Below, piece after piece: positions 1-9,596 of a stretch of DNA of 64,000 bases. The DNA lies in assembly GCA_045132795.1 (NCBI GenBank), contig JBGUSZ010000094.1, positions 2,338 through 66,337 on the forward strand, given 5' to 3'. The notes under the pieces were generated by a model. It saw only the letters and a program-made list of their open reading frames with translations. It made no database searches and was not told the DNA's origin. Both the position numbers and the translations under genes were made by a program. Within the stretch, counting starts at the first letter, position 1; every line of letters starts with the position of its first letter. The DNA comes from Tidjanibacter sp. GTDB lineage: Bacteria; Bacteroidota; Bacteroidia; Bacteroidales; Rikenellaceae.

Positions 1-2439
1 ATTATCGGCCCGGCGGAAATCAAGGAACACTACGGCTTTGACGACCCTCGCAAGGTGATTGACATCTTGGCCCTCTGGGGCGACGCTTCGGACAACATCC
101 CTGGTGTTAAGGGTGTGGGTGAAAAGGGTGCCATAAAACTTGTAAACGAATTCGGTACGGTGGAGGATATTTTGGCCGACACCAGCCGACTGAAAGGCAA
201 ACAGAGGGAGAATGTGGAGGCCGGAGCAGAGCAGCTTAGGCTTTCGAAGGTGTTGGCTACCATCGCCCTCGACGCCCCCATTGACTTTGTCCCCTCGGAG
301 TTGGCTATGTGTGCCCCTGATTGCGAGGCCCTCAAAGAGATTTACCGCAGGCTGGACTTCAATATGTTCCTGCGAGAGATGGAGCTCTCGGCCCACTCGC
401 CATTCAACGGACTTGTGTGTCCCGAAGCAATGGCCCACCAGGAGGCAAACTGCGGAGAGAGAGAGAGTAAAGAAGAGGGTGTGGGTGCAGAAAACCCCCA
501 CACACCCACGGCAACAGACCTTTTTGGCAACCCCATAGCGGCCCCTGCGTCACAAAAGAGTGCCCCCGCGGTCGTGGAGCCCAATGGTGGTGGCTTTGAC
601 CTCTTTTCACAAAGCGCATCACCCTACAAGACCATCGACACCGCGGAGCACACCTACACCATTGCATCCACCCCCGAGGAGGTGGCAGCCTTGGTGGAGC
701 AACTGTTGAAGGCCGAGAGGGTGTCGTTTGACACCGAGACCTCGGGCCTCGACTACCACACCGACCACATCGTGGGCATTGGCCTTGCTGCCACTCCTCA
801 CACAGCATATTATATTCCCACAATTAGCGACAACCGAGCTGAAATAGTTGAGGCTCTGCGCCCGTTGTTGGAGTGCGAGAGTGTGGAGAAGGTGGGCCAG
901 AATGTGAAGTTCGACCTGCTGATGTTGCGTCGTGAGGGTGTTGAGGTTAAAGGCAAGCTGTGGGATACGATGATTATGCACTACCTCATCGACCCCGAGA
1001 GCCGTCACGGTATGAACCACCTTGCACAGACTTTATTGGGCTACCAGCCCATTGAGATAGAGTCGCTCATTGGTCGTGGAGCAAATCAACTAACGATGGA
1101 CAGAGTGGCAGTGGAGGATGTTGCTCCGTATTGTGCAGAGGATGCCGACATTACACTACAACTCTACGAAGTTCTTTTGCCCAAACTCCAAGAGGCGGGT
1201 GCGGAGGAGCTCTATAATACCATCGAAGAACCCCTCATTCGCACTCTTGCTGATATGGAGTGGGAGGGCGTGAAGGTGGATGTGGCTTTGCTGGCCGACT
1301 ATGGTAGGGAACTCAATGTGAAACTTGCTGAGTTGGAGAACGACATCCGTACCCTTGCGGGTATGCCTGCGCTCAACGTGAACTCCTCACGCCAACTTGG
1401 TGTTGCGCTCTTTGAGGTGCTCAAAATAGAGTCCAAACCTAAGCGCACCAAGACAAAACAATACAGCACCGAGGAGGAGTATCTGCAATTCCTTTCAGAC
1501 CGCCACCCCATTGTGCCAAAGATTTTGGAGTATAGGGGCATCAAAAAACTCCTTTCGACCTATGTTGAGGCTCTGCCTGCGCTTGTCAATCCTGCGACAG
1601 GACACATACACACCTCCTATAATCAGGCGGTAACGGCCACGGGCCGACTATCCTCGACCAACCCCAACCTCCAAAATATCCCCATCAGGGACGAGTTGGG
1701 CAAGCGTATCAGGGAGGCTTTTGTGGCTTCCGACAAAGACCACGTTCTTTTGGCTGCCGACTATTCGCAGGTGGAACTTCGACTGATGGCTCATATGAGT
1801 GGCGACGAGGCAATGATTGCGGCCTTCCGTAGTGGCGAGGATATCCACAGAGATACCGCATCGAGGTTGTTCCACGTTGCTCCGGCTGATGTAACCACCG
1901 ACCAACGTCGCAAGGCCAAGACCGCCAACTTTGGTATAATCTATGGCATTTCGGCCTTTGGTTTGCGGCAAAGGATGGGTAACGATATGTCGATGGGCGA
2001 GGCCAAAGCCCTCATTGATGGTTACTTTGCCTCCTATCCCAGTGTTAAGGAGTATATCGACCGCACCATTGCCGAGGCCAAAAACAATGGCTATGTGCAG
2101 ACCATTTTTGGTCGCAAACGATACCTACCCGACATTAACTCAGCCAATGCTACGGTGCGCTCACTTGCCGAGCGAAACGCCATAAACGCACCACTACAAG
2201 GTTCTGCTGCCGACATCATTAAAATTGCAATGGCGGAGGTGGCTCGCCGTTTCCAAAAGGAGGGCCTTCGCTCGAAGATGATTCTCCAAGTGCACGATGA
2301 GCTGATTGTGGACACATTGTTGAGCGAAAAGGCCCGAGTGGAAACAGTCTTGCGAGAGGCAATGGAGGGAGCGGCCTCTCTGCGTGTGCCACTTGTGGTG
2401 GATATTGGCGAGGGAGAAAATTGGCTCGAAGCACATTAG
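1..2439 (+). CDS. polA: DNA polymerase I (5' end lies upstream of the window)
   Basis: Frame 1 is open from base 1 (IIGPAEIKEHYGFDDPRKVIDILALWGDASDNIPGV, 5'-3' exonuclease/H3TH region). Also has a 3'-5' exo block VSFDTETSGLD and polymerase motifs LLAADYSQVELRLMAH, RRKAKTANFGIIYG and ILQVHDELIVD. Confidence 0.97.
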   Translation: MIGPAEIKEHYGFDDPRKVIDILALWGDASDNIPGVKGVGEKGAIKLVNEFGTVEDILADTSRLKGKQRENVEAGAEQLRLSKVLATIALDAPIDFVPSELAMCAPDCEALKEIYRRLDFNMFLREMELSAHSPFNGLVCPEAMAHQEANCGERESKEEGVGAENPHTPTATDLFGNPIAAPASQKSAPAVVEPNGGGFDLFSQSASPYKTIDTAEHTYTIASTPEEVAALVEQLLKAERVSFDTETSGLDYHTDHIVGIGLAATPHTAYYIPTISDNRAEIVEALRPLLECESVEKVGQNVKFDLLMLRREGVEVKGKLWDTMIMHYLIDPESRHGMNHLAQTLLGYQPIEIESLIGRGANQLTMDRVAVEDVAPYCAEDADITLQLYEVLLPKLQEAGAEELYNTIEEPLIRTLADMEWEGVKVDVALLADYGRELNVKLAELENDIRTLAGMPALNVNSSRQLGVALFEVLKIESKPKRTKTKQYSTEEEYLQFLSDRHPIVPKILEYRGIKKLLSTYVEALPALVNPATGHIHTSYNQAVTATGRLSSTNPNLQNIPIRDELGKRIREAFVASDKDHVLLAADYSQVELRLMAHMSGDEAMIAAFRSGEDIHRDTASRLFHVAPADVTTDQRRKAKTANFGIIYGISAFGLRQRMGNDMSMGEAKALIDGYFASYPSVKEYIDRTIAEAKNNGYVQTIFGRKRYLPDINSANATVRSLAERNAINAPLQGSAADIIKIAMAEVARRFQKEGLRSKMILQVHDELIVDTLLSEKARVETVLREAMEGAASLRVPLVVDIGEGENWLEAH

Positions 2440-2465
2440 TTGTTCGGTATAATATAGAATAGGAA

Positions 2466-2918
2466 ATGAGAGCACTTGTACAACGTGTTGCACACGCAGA
2501 TGTGGTGATTGAAGACGAGGAGGTCGCTCGTATTGGTGGAGGCCTGCTGGTCTTTGTGGGTGTTGCCACCGACGATACCTCTGCCGACGTGGATTACCTT
2601 GTGCGCAAGGTGTCGCAACTGCGCATCTTTGACGACGAGAATGGGGTGATGAACCTCGATGTTAGGCAAGTGGATGGCGAGGTGCTGGTGGTAAGCCAAT
2701 TTACGCTGCAAGCTGCCACGCGCAAAGGCAATCGCCCGAGTTATATCCACGCCGCAGGCGAAGCGGTTGCTGTGCCACTCTATGAGGAGTTCAAACAAAA
2801 ACTCTCCACTGCCATTGGCAAACCCACTCCTTGTGGTCGCTTTGGTGCGGATATGAAGGTGTCCTTGCTCAATGATGGCCCTGTAACCATCTGGCTTGAC
2901 AGCACAGAGAGCAGATAG
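2466..2918 (+). CDS. dtd: D-aminoacyl-tRNA deacylase
   Basis: 150 aa with an ATG start. MRALVQRV N-terminus, SQFTL and NDGPVT motifs typical of Dtd. Lies 26 nt after the polA stop. Confidence 0.95.
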   Translation: MRALVQRVAHADVVIEDEEVARIGGGLLVFVGVATDDTSADVDYLVRKVSQLRIFDDENGVMNLDVRQVDGEVLVVSQFTLQAATRKGNRPSYIHAAGEAVAVPLYEEFKQKLSTAIGKPTPCGRFGADMKVSLLNDGPVTIWLDSTESR

Positions 2919-2962
2919 GTAAGACAATGGTGTGGGGGCTGTTTGGTTTCCTGTCTCTAAAC

Positions 2963-2992
2963 AAAAAGCTCGGAGATAACTCCGAGCTTTTT
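2963..2992. terminator. Bidirectional intrinsic terminator between convergent dtd and the 3014-5020 gene
   Basis: Perfect 13-bp stem AAAAAGCTCGGAG / CTCCGAGCTTTTT with loop ATAA. A/T runs lie on both sides. Confidence 0.7.
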
Positions 2993-3013
2993 GTTTGTGC
3001 ATAACCTTTATCA

Positions 3014-5020
3014 CTACTTGGTTTTCCACGAACCGCTGGTCCACGAACCACTCAACGTGTAGAGGTTTTTGCCATCGGTGGGTATGATAAGGTCAGAAGT
3101 CTGGTTAACCTTATTATTCCAGTTGTTACCCGTACCTTTCATCGAGCAGAATATCACATTGTCGCCATAGCCTACGGGAATGTTTACCTCGTAGATTTTG
3201 TCGCCATCGCTATCGGTCATACTTGCCCAAGTGTTGGTGTTGGTTGTGGTATTCCAGAAGTAGGCTGCATAGCGGGTTGCGCCCGAGCCTGCGCTTACGC
3301 TACCAATCGAGAAGTAGATGGTTTTCTCTGTTGACTCGGGCTGTTCTGGCTCGGCCTCTTGACCATTGGCCGTTTGCTCTACAGCTTCGGTGTAGGGGGT
3401 ACCTGCGGTCATAAGGTAAACCCTCATTGCATTTTGGTCGAAGTAGATGTCATAGGTACCAGCTGCCACAACACTGATGTCGCCAGCATTATCGCCGGTA
3501 ACAGCAAAGTATTTGTTTGCCTCTGCAATGCTGATAGCGCCTGCGCCAATGTTCAGTTGATCCCAAGTACCAATGGTGCGAATCTTGAAGGCTTCACCAG
3601 CGTTGAAGGAGATGTTTTTGGCAACCAAAAGACCCTCGGTTGTGGTGGTTAAAAGGGAAATGTCGGTACCCCAGCTACTTGCTGCAAAACCACCAACAAC
3701 ACCCAAGCCGGATTCTTTGCCTGCGAGGTCTGTCGAGGGGTCATAGGCCGAGTTGTTCCAAGTACCTTGGCTCTTTTCAGTGCCCCAGCCGGTAATAAAG
3801 AAGTGGTTGTCTGGCTCAACGCCAATAACGAGGTCCTCGGTCTGGTTCCAAACGTGCTGCTCGGTTATCTGGTCGTTCTCCCACTTGTTCCAGCTAAATT
3901 CGGTCCATTGGGGGTTCATACGGCAGAAGATAACATTGGTCATGCCTGTGGGCACACCACACTCATACACACCGTCATTGTCGCTGTCGCTCATAACCAT
4001 TGTTGCTTCGCCATTGCCAAAGAAGTATGCCGCAAACCAGGCGCTTGCATCATTCCAAATACCCGGGTGGAGGTAGAGTGTGCCGTCGGTTATTACCTCT
4101 CCGCCGGTATTGCCACCCTCGTTGTCACCACCTTCGTTGCCTCCCTCTTCGGGGTCCTGACCAAACTGCAACTCATTGTCTGCAACCCAATCGCTGATGG
4201 TTGGGGTGAAGTCGGTGTAGATACTGTCGTCGGTGAGGGTGATATGGGCGGTGCTAACCTTGCCCGAAGAGAAGGTTACGGCGTTTTTGAGCTCAAAGGT
4301 AAATTGTTTCTTCGATACGGTTGTGACGACCAACTTGGGAGTAGCGTCAACTTGGGGGGCAAGTATTAAAGCCCAAGCAGGTTGCTCGGGGATAAGGGAT
4401 GTTGATGCAGCCTTGATGGTGCCCTTGTTGCCCGTGGCAATCACGCTACCATCGGTGAGGTCGACGGTGACATTGCCATAAACCTCTGCGAACCACACGT
4501 CGTCAATCTGCTCACCATTCAGTTGGTTGTCAACGGTGATAACAACTTTCGAGAGCACGTGTTTGAAGGGGAGTTCGATTGCCTCCGAGGTGGGTTTTGC
4601 ACTTGTGATGGCAACCATCAGGTCGGAAGCGGTGTATTTTGCGTATGTACTCTGATCGGCGTTCACTGAGAATGTGTACTTCTTGGTGTAGGCGCCGTCG
4701 GAAGAGTAGGGGTAGTAGCCGACAACTGTCGACACCTTATCTTCGGTATACCAATAGTTTGCCCTGGCACCAACCAAAGCACCATTTGTGTAGGTGAACA
4801 GAGCGTTGTTGAGCCAAGGGGTCTCGGTAACGATGTGCAGACCAACCCTGTCGCCCTCCTCAAAGGCGGTGTCGGTTGCGCGGTTGAAATTGGCAAGCGC
4901 TGGGGTTACACAGATTTCTTTTGCACCTCCCTCGGGGATGATACCTTCCGGCTCATTTTGGCAGGCGGTGGTGGCTACGGCAACCATAGCCAACATTGCG
5001 AAGAGTTTTCCGAATTTCAT
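3014..5020 (-). CDS. Fimbrillin (Mfa-like) family lipoprotein fused to three carbohydrate-binding-like modules
   Basis: Signal plus lipobox (VATTAC, Cys20). Fimbrillin blocks VVGYYPYSSDG and LPFKHVLSKVVITV, and an Arg47-Ala48 site. A G/E/N linker is followed by two paralogous modules (aa 313-412 and 566-668) sharing AAYF(F/W), M(S/T)DSD.D.(V/I)YE..(V/I)P, VIFC.M and QT.DL. Between them is a SusE/SusF-like module (GVVGGFAASSWG...AFKIRT...GTYDIYFD). Confidence 0.8.
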   Translation of the reverse strand: MKFGKLFAMLAMVAVATTACQNEPEGIIPEGGAKEICVTPALANFNRATDTAFEEGDRVGLHIVTETPWLNNALFTYTNGALVGARANYWYTEDKVSTVVGYYPYSSDGAYTKKYTFSVNADQSTYAKYTASDLMVAITSAKPTSEAIELPFKHVLSKVVITVDNQLNGEQIDDVWFAEVYGNVTVDLTDGSVIATGNKGTIKAASTSLIPEQPAWALILAPQVDATPKLVVTTVSKKQFTFELKNAVTFSSGKVSTAHITLTDDSIYTDFTPTISDWVADNELQFGQDPEEGGNEGGDNEGGNTGGEVITDGTLYLHPGIWNDASAWFAAYFFGNGEATMVMSDSDNDGVYECGVPTGMTNVIFCRMNPQWTEFSWNKWENDQITEQHVWNQTEDLVIGVEPDNHFFITGWGTEKSQGTWNNSAYDPSTDLAGKESGLGVVGGFAASSWGTDISLLTTTTEGLLVAKNISFNAGEAFKIRTIGTWDQLNIGAGAISIAEANKYFAVTGDNAGDISVVAAGTYDIYFDQNAMRVYLMTAGTPYTEAVEQTANGQEAEPEQPESTEKTIYFSIGSVSAGSGATRYAAYFWNTTTNTNTWASMTDSDGDKIYEVNIPVGYGDNVIFCSMKGTGNNWNNKVNQTSDLIIPTDGKNLYTLSGSWTSGSWKTK

Positions 5021-5077
5021 TTTGTTTATTTTTGTGATTATGGTTTGTCACATCCTTCGCTTATTACATAAGCGATG

Positions 5078-5085
5078 CAAAGATA
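5078..5085 (-). promoter_or_regulatory. Candidate Bacteroidetes -7 promoter box TATCTTTG
   Basis: Plus strand reads caaagata, so the minus strand reads TAtcTTTG and matches TAnnTTTG. It lies 58 nt upstream of the ATG at 5020. Confidence 0.35.
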
Positions 5086-6384
5086 TTAATTTTTCGTATG
5101 ACTTTGTCCCTGGCGATTGAAAATTATAGAGATAGCGACCATTAAGCCAATCAATACGGGATAGTAGAGGTGTTGGGCTATTGCTATGGGTGATATTCCT
5201 GCAAGTCCCGAAGCCATCAGTAGTTGTGCACCATAGGGCAGGATACCTTGCACAAAACAGGAGGTGGTGTCAATAATGCTGGCCGAGCGGCGGGGAGAGA
5301 TGCCGAACTTTTGCGATATGTCGCGCGCAATATCGCCTATGGTCAGTATGGCAATGGTGTTGTTGGCTGTACACACATTCGACAGCATTGTCAATAAGGC
5401 AATTGCGCCCTCACCTCCTCGGCGGTTGCGGATGTTGCGAGTAACTCCTCGTATGAGGTAATCAAGTCCACCACCCGTCTTTACAAGTTCGAGCAGACCT
5501 CCGGCCAACATTGTAACGATGATAAGCTCTCCCATAGAGCACATTCCCTCGCCCAATGATGCTGTGAAGTCGAAAAACGCCACCTCTCCTGCGCCAACAC
5601 CGATGATGCCTGTGGCAATAATTCCGCAAGTCAATACAATCAACACATTGACACCCACCAGAGCCATGATGATAACCAACGCGTAGGGGAGCACCTTCAC
5701 AATATCTGCTTGTGAGTAGTCCACACTCGCCACCTCTTCCATGCCGTTGCCACACAGGATGTAGATGATGAGCGAAATGATTGCTGCAGGAGCAACAAGT
5801 CGAAGGTTGGTACGGAACTTATCTCTCATTGCACAACCCTGGGTTTGTGTGGCGGCAATAGTGGTATCCGAGATAAACGAGAGGTTGTCGCCAAAGAATG
5901 CACCACCCACAACAATGGCCACCATCCACGCTGTATCTACACCCAACTGCGTCGCCAAGCCCGTAACTACGGGAGTTAGAGCGACAATCGTGCCAACGGA
6001 GGTGCCAATCGACATAGAGATAAAACAGGTTGCCAAGAATATGCCAGCAGGTATAAAGTTGTTTGGGATGGCTCTCAGGGCTAACTCCACCGTTGCGTCC
6101 ACAGCACCCATCGCTTTGGCCGAGGTGGCAAAAGCACCGGCAAGCACAAATATCCAAATCATATAGAGGATGCGGTTGGAGCCTGCTCCTTGTGAGAATT
6201 TTTCAATGTTTTTGGCGAGTCCTTTTTCGGGGGCAATCAGCAGGGCGTAGATGGTTGCCACAAGGAAAGCCAACGATATGGGTATGCGGTAGAAGTCGCC
6301 CGCAATCAGCGAGCCTGCCAAAAATACCACCAACATAACCATTAGGGGAGTGAGTGCCACAAGCCCCTTTTTACTACTTTTCAT
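5086..6384 (-). CDS. nhaC: Na+/H+ antiporter, NhaC family
   Basis: Polytopic membrane protein with NhaC-like sequence throughout. I prefer the ATG at 6384 (MKSSKKGLVALTPL...). The longest ORF (to 6426) would run through the nrdJ terminator hairpin at 6406-6433. Confidence 0.88.
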   Translation of the reverse strand: MKSSKKGLVALTPLMVMLVVFLAGSLIAGDFYRIPISLAFLVATIYALLIAPEKGLAKNIEKFSQGAGSNRILYMIWIFVLAGAFATSAKAMGAVDATVELALRAIPNNFIPAGIFLATCFISMSIGTSVGTIVALTPVVTGLATQLGVDTAWMVAIVVGGAFFGDNLSFISDTTIAATQTQGCAMRDKFRTNLRLVAPAAIISLIIYILCGNGMEEVASVDYSQADIVKVLPYALVIIMALVGVNVLIVLTCGIIATGIIGVGAGEVAFFDFTASLGEGMCSMGELIIVTMLAGGLLELVKTGGGLDYLIRGVTRNIRNRRGGEGAIALLTMLSNVCTANNTIAILTIGDIARDISQKFGISPRRSASIIDTTSCFVQGILPYGAQLLMASGLAGISPIAIAQHLYYPVLIGLMVAISIIFNRQGQSHTKN

Positions 6385-6405
6385 ACACGAGTTATTTTTA
6401 CAGCA

Positions 6406-6433
6406 AACCAGAGCGGGTTTTCCCACTCTGGTT
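6406..6433 (-). terminator. Stem-loop downstream of nrdJ
   Basis: AACCAGAG...CTCTGGTT outer stem with an inner GGG/CCC stem. It lies 56 nt after the nrdJ stop and is followed on the minus strand by TGCTGTAAAAATA. Confidence 0.5.
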
Positions 6434-6488
6434 CACAGGTTTTCGTTATTAGTACTTAAAAAATCTTCTTTCCTAATATCATCTGGCA

Positions 6489-9053
6489 CTACGAGCACTT
6501 GCTCCAACCGCACGAGTGGCAGGTGGGACAGCCGTTCTGATAAACAAGGCTCTCACTGCCGCAGTTGGGACATTTTTGTTTGCTCTTGGTGCCGTCTTTG
6601 ATATACTGTTTCAGTGCGCGAGCCACACCAGCTTTCCAAATGTTGATACCCTCGCTGGTAAATTGGAGACTGTCAACCAAGTTAACAACGTCCACGATGA
6701 GCATACCGTTGCGCAACACGCCCGAGATGAGCTTTGCATAGTTCCAGAACTCCATGTCGAACAAGCGGGAGATACCACCAATAATGTGGGGATAGCCCAT
6801 CTTGTCTTGGAAACGGAAGTCGTAACGCTTGGTGCCATCCTCCTCCCTTACTTTCACAATCCAACCCTTCTTGATGGATTTGGGAATATAGAGCGACTCC
6901 TCATCGAGTTGACCGGTGAAAATCTCGTATGGTTTGCCGTTGTGAGTACCTACAAACGCAATCCACTCCTCTTTGCCATTGCGGAAGCGAACAACGTCAG
7001 CCTCCAACTCGGCGGGACGTTTGATTGGGGCAGTCGACTGACTCTCCTCGCCAGCACCTTTCTTGCTCTTGGTGTCGATAAGCACACCGCTACGCGAGCC
7101 GTCACGATAGACGGTGATACCCTTACAGCCACACTCCCAAGCGGTCTTGTACACCTGTGCAACCAACTCCTCCGACACATCATTGGGGAGGTTTACGGTA
7201 ACCGAAATAGAGTGGTCAACCCACTTCTGAATAGCACCCTGCATCTTAACCTTTGCAACCCAATCGATATCGTTGGCCGTGGCGTGGTTGTAGGGCGAAG
7301 CGGCAACAAGTGCATCCATCTCTGCGTCGGAAAGGTCGGCCAGATTGTCAACATTGTGGCCCGTAACCTTCAACCACTCAACAAACTTGTGGTGGAATAC
7401 ATAGTACTCCTCAAAGCAGTCGCCTACCTCGTCCCTATAGGAAATCTTAACATTTTGATCAGTGGGGTTAACTTTCCTACGACGTTTGTATACGGGGCGG
7501 AACACGGGCTCAATACCCGAAGTGGTCTGCGACATCAGAGAAACGGTGCCTGTGGGTGCAATGGTCAACATTGCAACGTTCCTACGTCCATAGCGTACCA
7601 TATCGGCATACAACTCAGGGTCTGCATCTTTGATACGGTTAATCATCGGGTTGTTCTCCTCTTTGAGGTTGTCGTACATCGGGAATGAACCGCGTTCCTT
7701 GGCGAGCTTCACCGAAGCACGGTAGGCGTTAAGGCACAACTCCCTCTGGATGCCAACAGCAAAGTCGATAGCCTCGTCCGAGCCATAGGTCATACCGAGG
7801 GCTGCCAACATATCGCCCTCCGCGGTAATTCCCAAACCGGTACGACGGCCCTTGAGAGCTTTCTCTTTAATCTTCTCCCACAACGACAACTCAACCCTGC
7901 GAACATCCAACTCCTCGGGGTCTTTGCCAATCTTCTTGTGGATGAGGTCGATTTTCTCCAACTCCAAGTCGATGATGTCGTCCATCATCCTCATCGCCAT
8001 CTCGATGTGTTTTGCAAACTTCTCGTGGTTGAACGACGCCTCGGGGGTAAATGGCTTATCCACATAGCTGTAAAGGTTGAGGGCCAACAAGCGGCAACTA
8101 TCGTAGGGACACAAAGGAATCTCGCCACAAGGGTTGGTCGATACGGTACGGAAGCCCTCGTCTGCGTAGCAGTCGGGCACACTCTCCCTCAACACTGTAT
8201 CCCAGAACAAGCAGCCAGGCTCGGCGCTCTTCCAAGCGTTGTGGATAATCTTATCCCACAAAGCCGTAGCGTCAATCTCCTTCTCATAGAGGGGCTTCTC
8301 TGCATCGATGGGGAACTTCTGAGTGTATTTCTCGCCATTGATAACACAGCGCATAAATTCGTCGTCAATCTTGATGGACACGTTGGCACCCGTAACTTTA
8401 CCCTGAACGGTCTTGGCGTCAATGAAACGCTCTGCGTCGGGGTGTTTAATCGAAAGGGTGAGCATCAGTGCGCCCCTACGACCATCCTGTGCCACCTCGC
8501 GGGTGGAGTTGGAGTAACGCTCCATAAAGGGAACGATACCGGTGGAAGTGAGTGCACTGTTCAACACGGGACTGCCTGCGGGACGGAGGTGCGAGAGGTC
8601 GTGGCCCACACCACCCCTACGCTTCATCAACTGCACCTGCTCCTCGTCCATACGGATAATACCACCATAGGAGTCGGCAGGATTGCGGTGGCCGATAACG
8701 AAGCAGTTCGACAACGATGCAATTTGCAGGTTGTTGCCAATACCGGTCATAGGACCACCCTGGGGGATGATGTAACGGAACTGGTCGAGCAGTCCGAACA
8801 CATCCTCTGCGCTCATTGGGTTGGGGTAGTTGCTTTCGATGCGTGCGATTTCGTCGGCAATACGGTGGTGCATAGCTTCGGGCGAAGCCTCAAAGATGCG
8901 GTTGAAGGAATCTTTCAACGCATACTTGTTTACCCACACCATTGCGGCCAGGTCATCACCCTTGAAATACTCTTTGGCATTAGCCAAAACATCCTCGTAT
9001 TTCAGCTCTTTGAGTTCGGGGGATACGCCCCCATTCTCCATCTTCTCAGACAT
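6489..9053 (-). CDS. nrdJ: Adenosylcobalamin-dependent (class II) ribonucleotide reductase
   Basis: 854 aa. Active-site block STNPCGEIPL, TIAPTGTVS, and a C-terminal zinc-ribbon-like CPNCGSESLVYQNGCPTCHSCGWSKC. Confidence 0.95.
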   Translation of the reverse strand: MSEKMENGGVSPELKELKYEDVLANAKEYFKGDDLAAMVWVNKYALKDSFNRIFEASPEAMHHRIADEIARIESNYPNPMSAEDVFGLLDQFRYIIPQGGPMTGIGNNLQIASLSNCFVIGHRNPADSYGGIIRMDEEQVQLMKRRGGVGHDLSHLRPAGSPVLNSALTSTGIVPFMERYSNSTREVAQDGRRGALMLTLSIKHPDAERFIDAKTVQGKVTGANVSIKIDDEFMRCVINGEKYTQKFPIDAEKPLYEKEIDATALWDKIIHNAWKSAEPGCLFWDTVLRESVPDCYADEGFRTVSTNPCGEIPLCPYDSCRLLALNLYSYVDKPFTPEASFNHEKFAKHIEMAMRMMDDIIDLELEKIDLIHKKIGKDPEELDVRRVELSLWEKIKEKALKGRRTGLGITAEGDMLAALGMTYGSDEAIDFAVGIQRELCLNAYRASVKLAKERGSFPMYDNLKEENNPMINRIKDADPELYADMVRYGRRNVAMLTIAPTGTVSLMSQTTSGIEPVFRPVYKRRRKVNPTDQNVKISYRDEVGDCFEEYYVFHHKFVEWLKVTGHNVDNLADLSDAEMDALVAASPYNHATANDIDWVAKVKMQGAIQKWVDHSISVTVNLPNDVSEELVAQVYKTAWECGCKGITVYRDGSRSGVLIDTKSKKGAGEESQSTAPIKRPAELEADVVRFRNGKEEWIAFVGTHNGKPYEIFTGQLDEESLYIPKSIKKGWIVKVREEDGTKRYDFRFQDKMGYPHIIGGISRLFDMEFWNYAKLISGVLRNGMLIVDVVNLVDSLQFTSEGINIWKAGVARALKQYIKDGTKSKQKCPNCGSESLVYQNGCPTCHSCGWSKCS

Positions 9054-9133
9054 AGTTTCCCTTGTTTTATATATTTTTTCGATTTTTTGCTTGCGTCAAA
9101 ACTCTACACACCTGGCTATCAGATATATAGACG

Positions 9134-9160
9134 AGCAGAGTCGGGCATCCCGACTCTGCT
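9134..9160 (-). terminator. 12-bp hairpin between folB and nrdJ (weak U-tract)
   Basis: AGCAGAGTCGGG cat CCCGACTCTGCT. It lies 82 nt downstream of the folB stop. No clear T-run follows, so it could be a terminator or an RNA-stability element. Confidence 0.4.
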
Positions 9161-9241
9161 ACAAAGTTGAGGCTTATTTTTGGATAAAACAAGAGGTTTT
9201 TGTTGGTTTTTCAACAGGTTTTCAACAAAATTGTAAACACC

Positions 9242-9595
9242 TTATTTTGTTAGTGTTACGCTCACCTTTTCTACTTTTCCGCCAAGAGGCGGCGCAAGTT
9301 TGGAAACTTTTATTTTTGAGCTAACAATTTGATTAAAAGCACCATAAAGACATTCTTGAATGCGCCAAGCCACATTCTCGAGGGTGTCGGATGGGTGTTG
9401 CATCTCCTTTTGGACGAGCTGGTAAACGGTTAGGTAGTTGACACTTTTCAACAATTCATCCTTCTCTGCCGCCTCGCCAATTTCAACAACCAACAGCACA
9501 TCCACCAAAAAGCGATTTCCAACCACTTTTTCGAGGTCATAACAGCCGTGTGGAGCACGGAATTCAGCCCCTTCAAGTTCTATTGTTACCCTCAT
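9242..9595 (-). CDS. folB: Dihydroneopterin aldolase
   Basis: 117 aa. MRVTIELEGAEFRAPHGCYDLEKVVGNRFLVDV matches the FolB fold signature. The start abuts the stop of the upstream kinase gene. Confidence 0.88.
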   Translation of the reverse strand: MRVTIELEGAEFRAPHGCYDLEKVVGNRFLVDVLLVVEIGEAAEKDELLKSVNYLTVYQLVQKEMQHPSDTLENVAWRIQECLYGAFNQIVSSKIKVSKLAPPLGGKVEKVSVTLTK

Positions 9596-9596
9596 T

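Noticed and set aside
9054-9241. A cobalamin riboswitch or NrdR box in the leader of the B12-dependent nrdJ.
   Set aside because: The 188-nt region is AT-rich. It holds one hairpin that looks like the folB terminator. It is too short and lacks the GC-rich conserved core I would expect of a B12 element. A covariance-model scan was not possible here.
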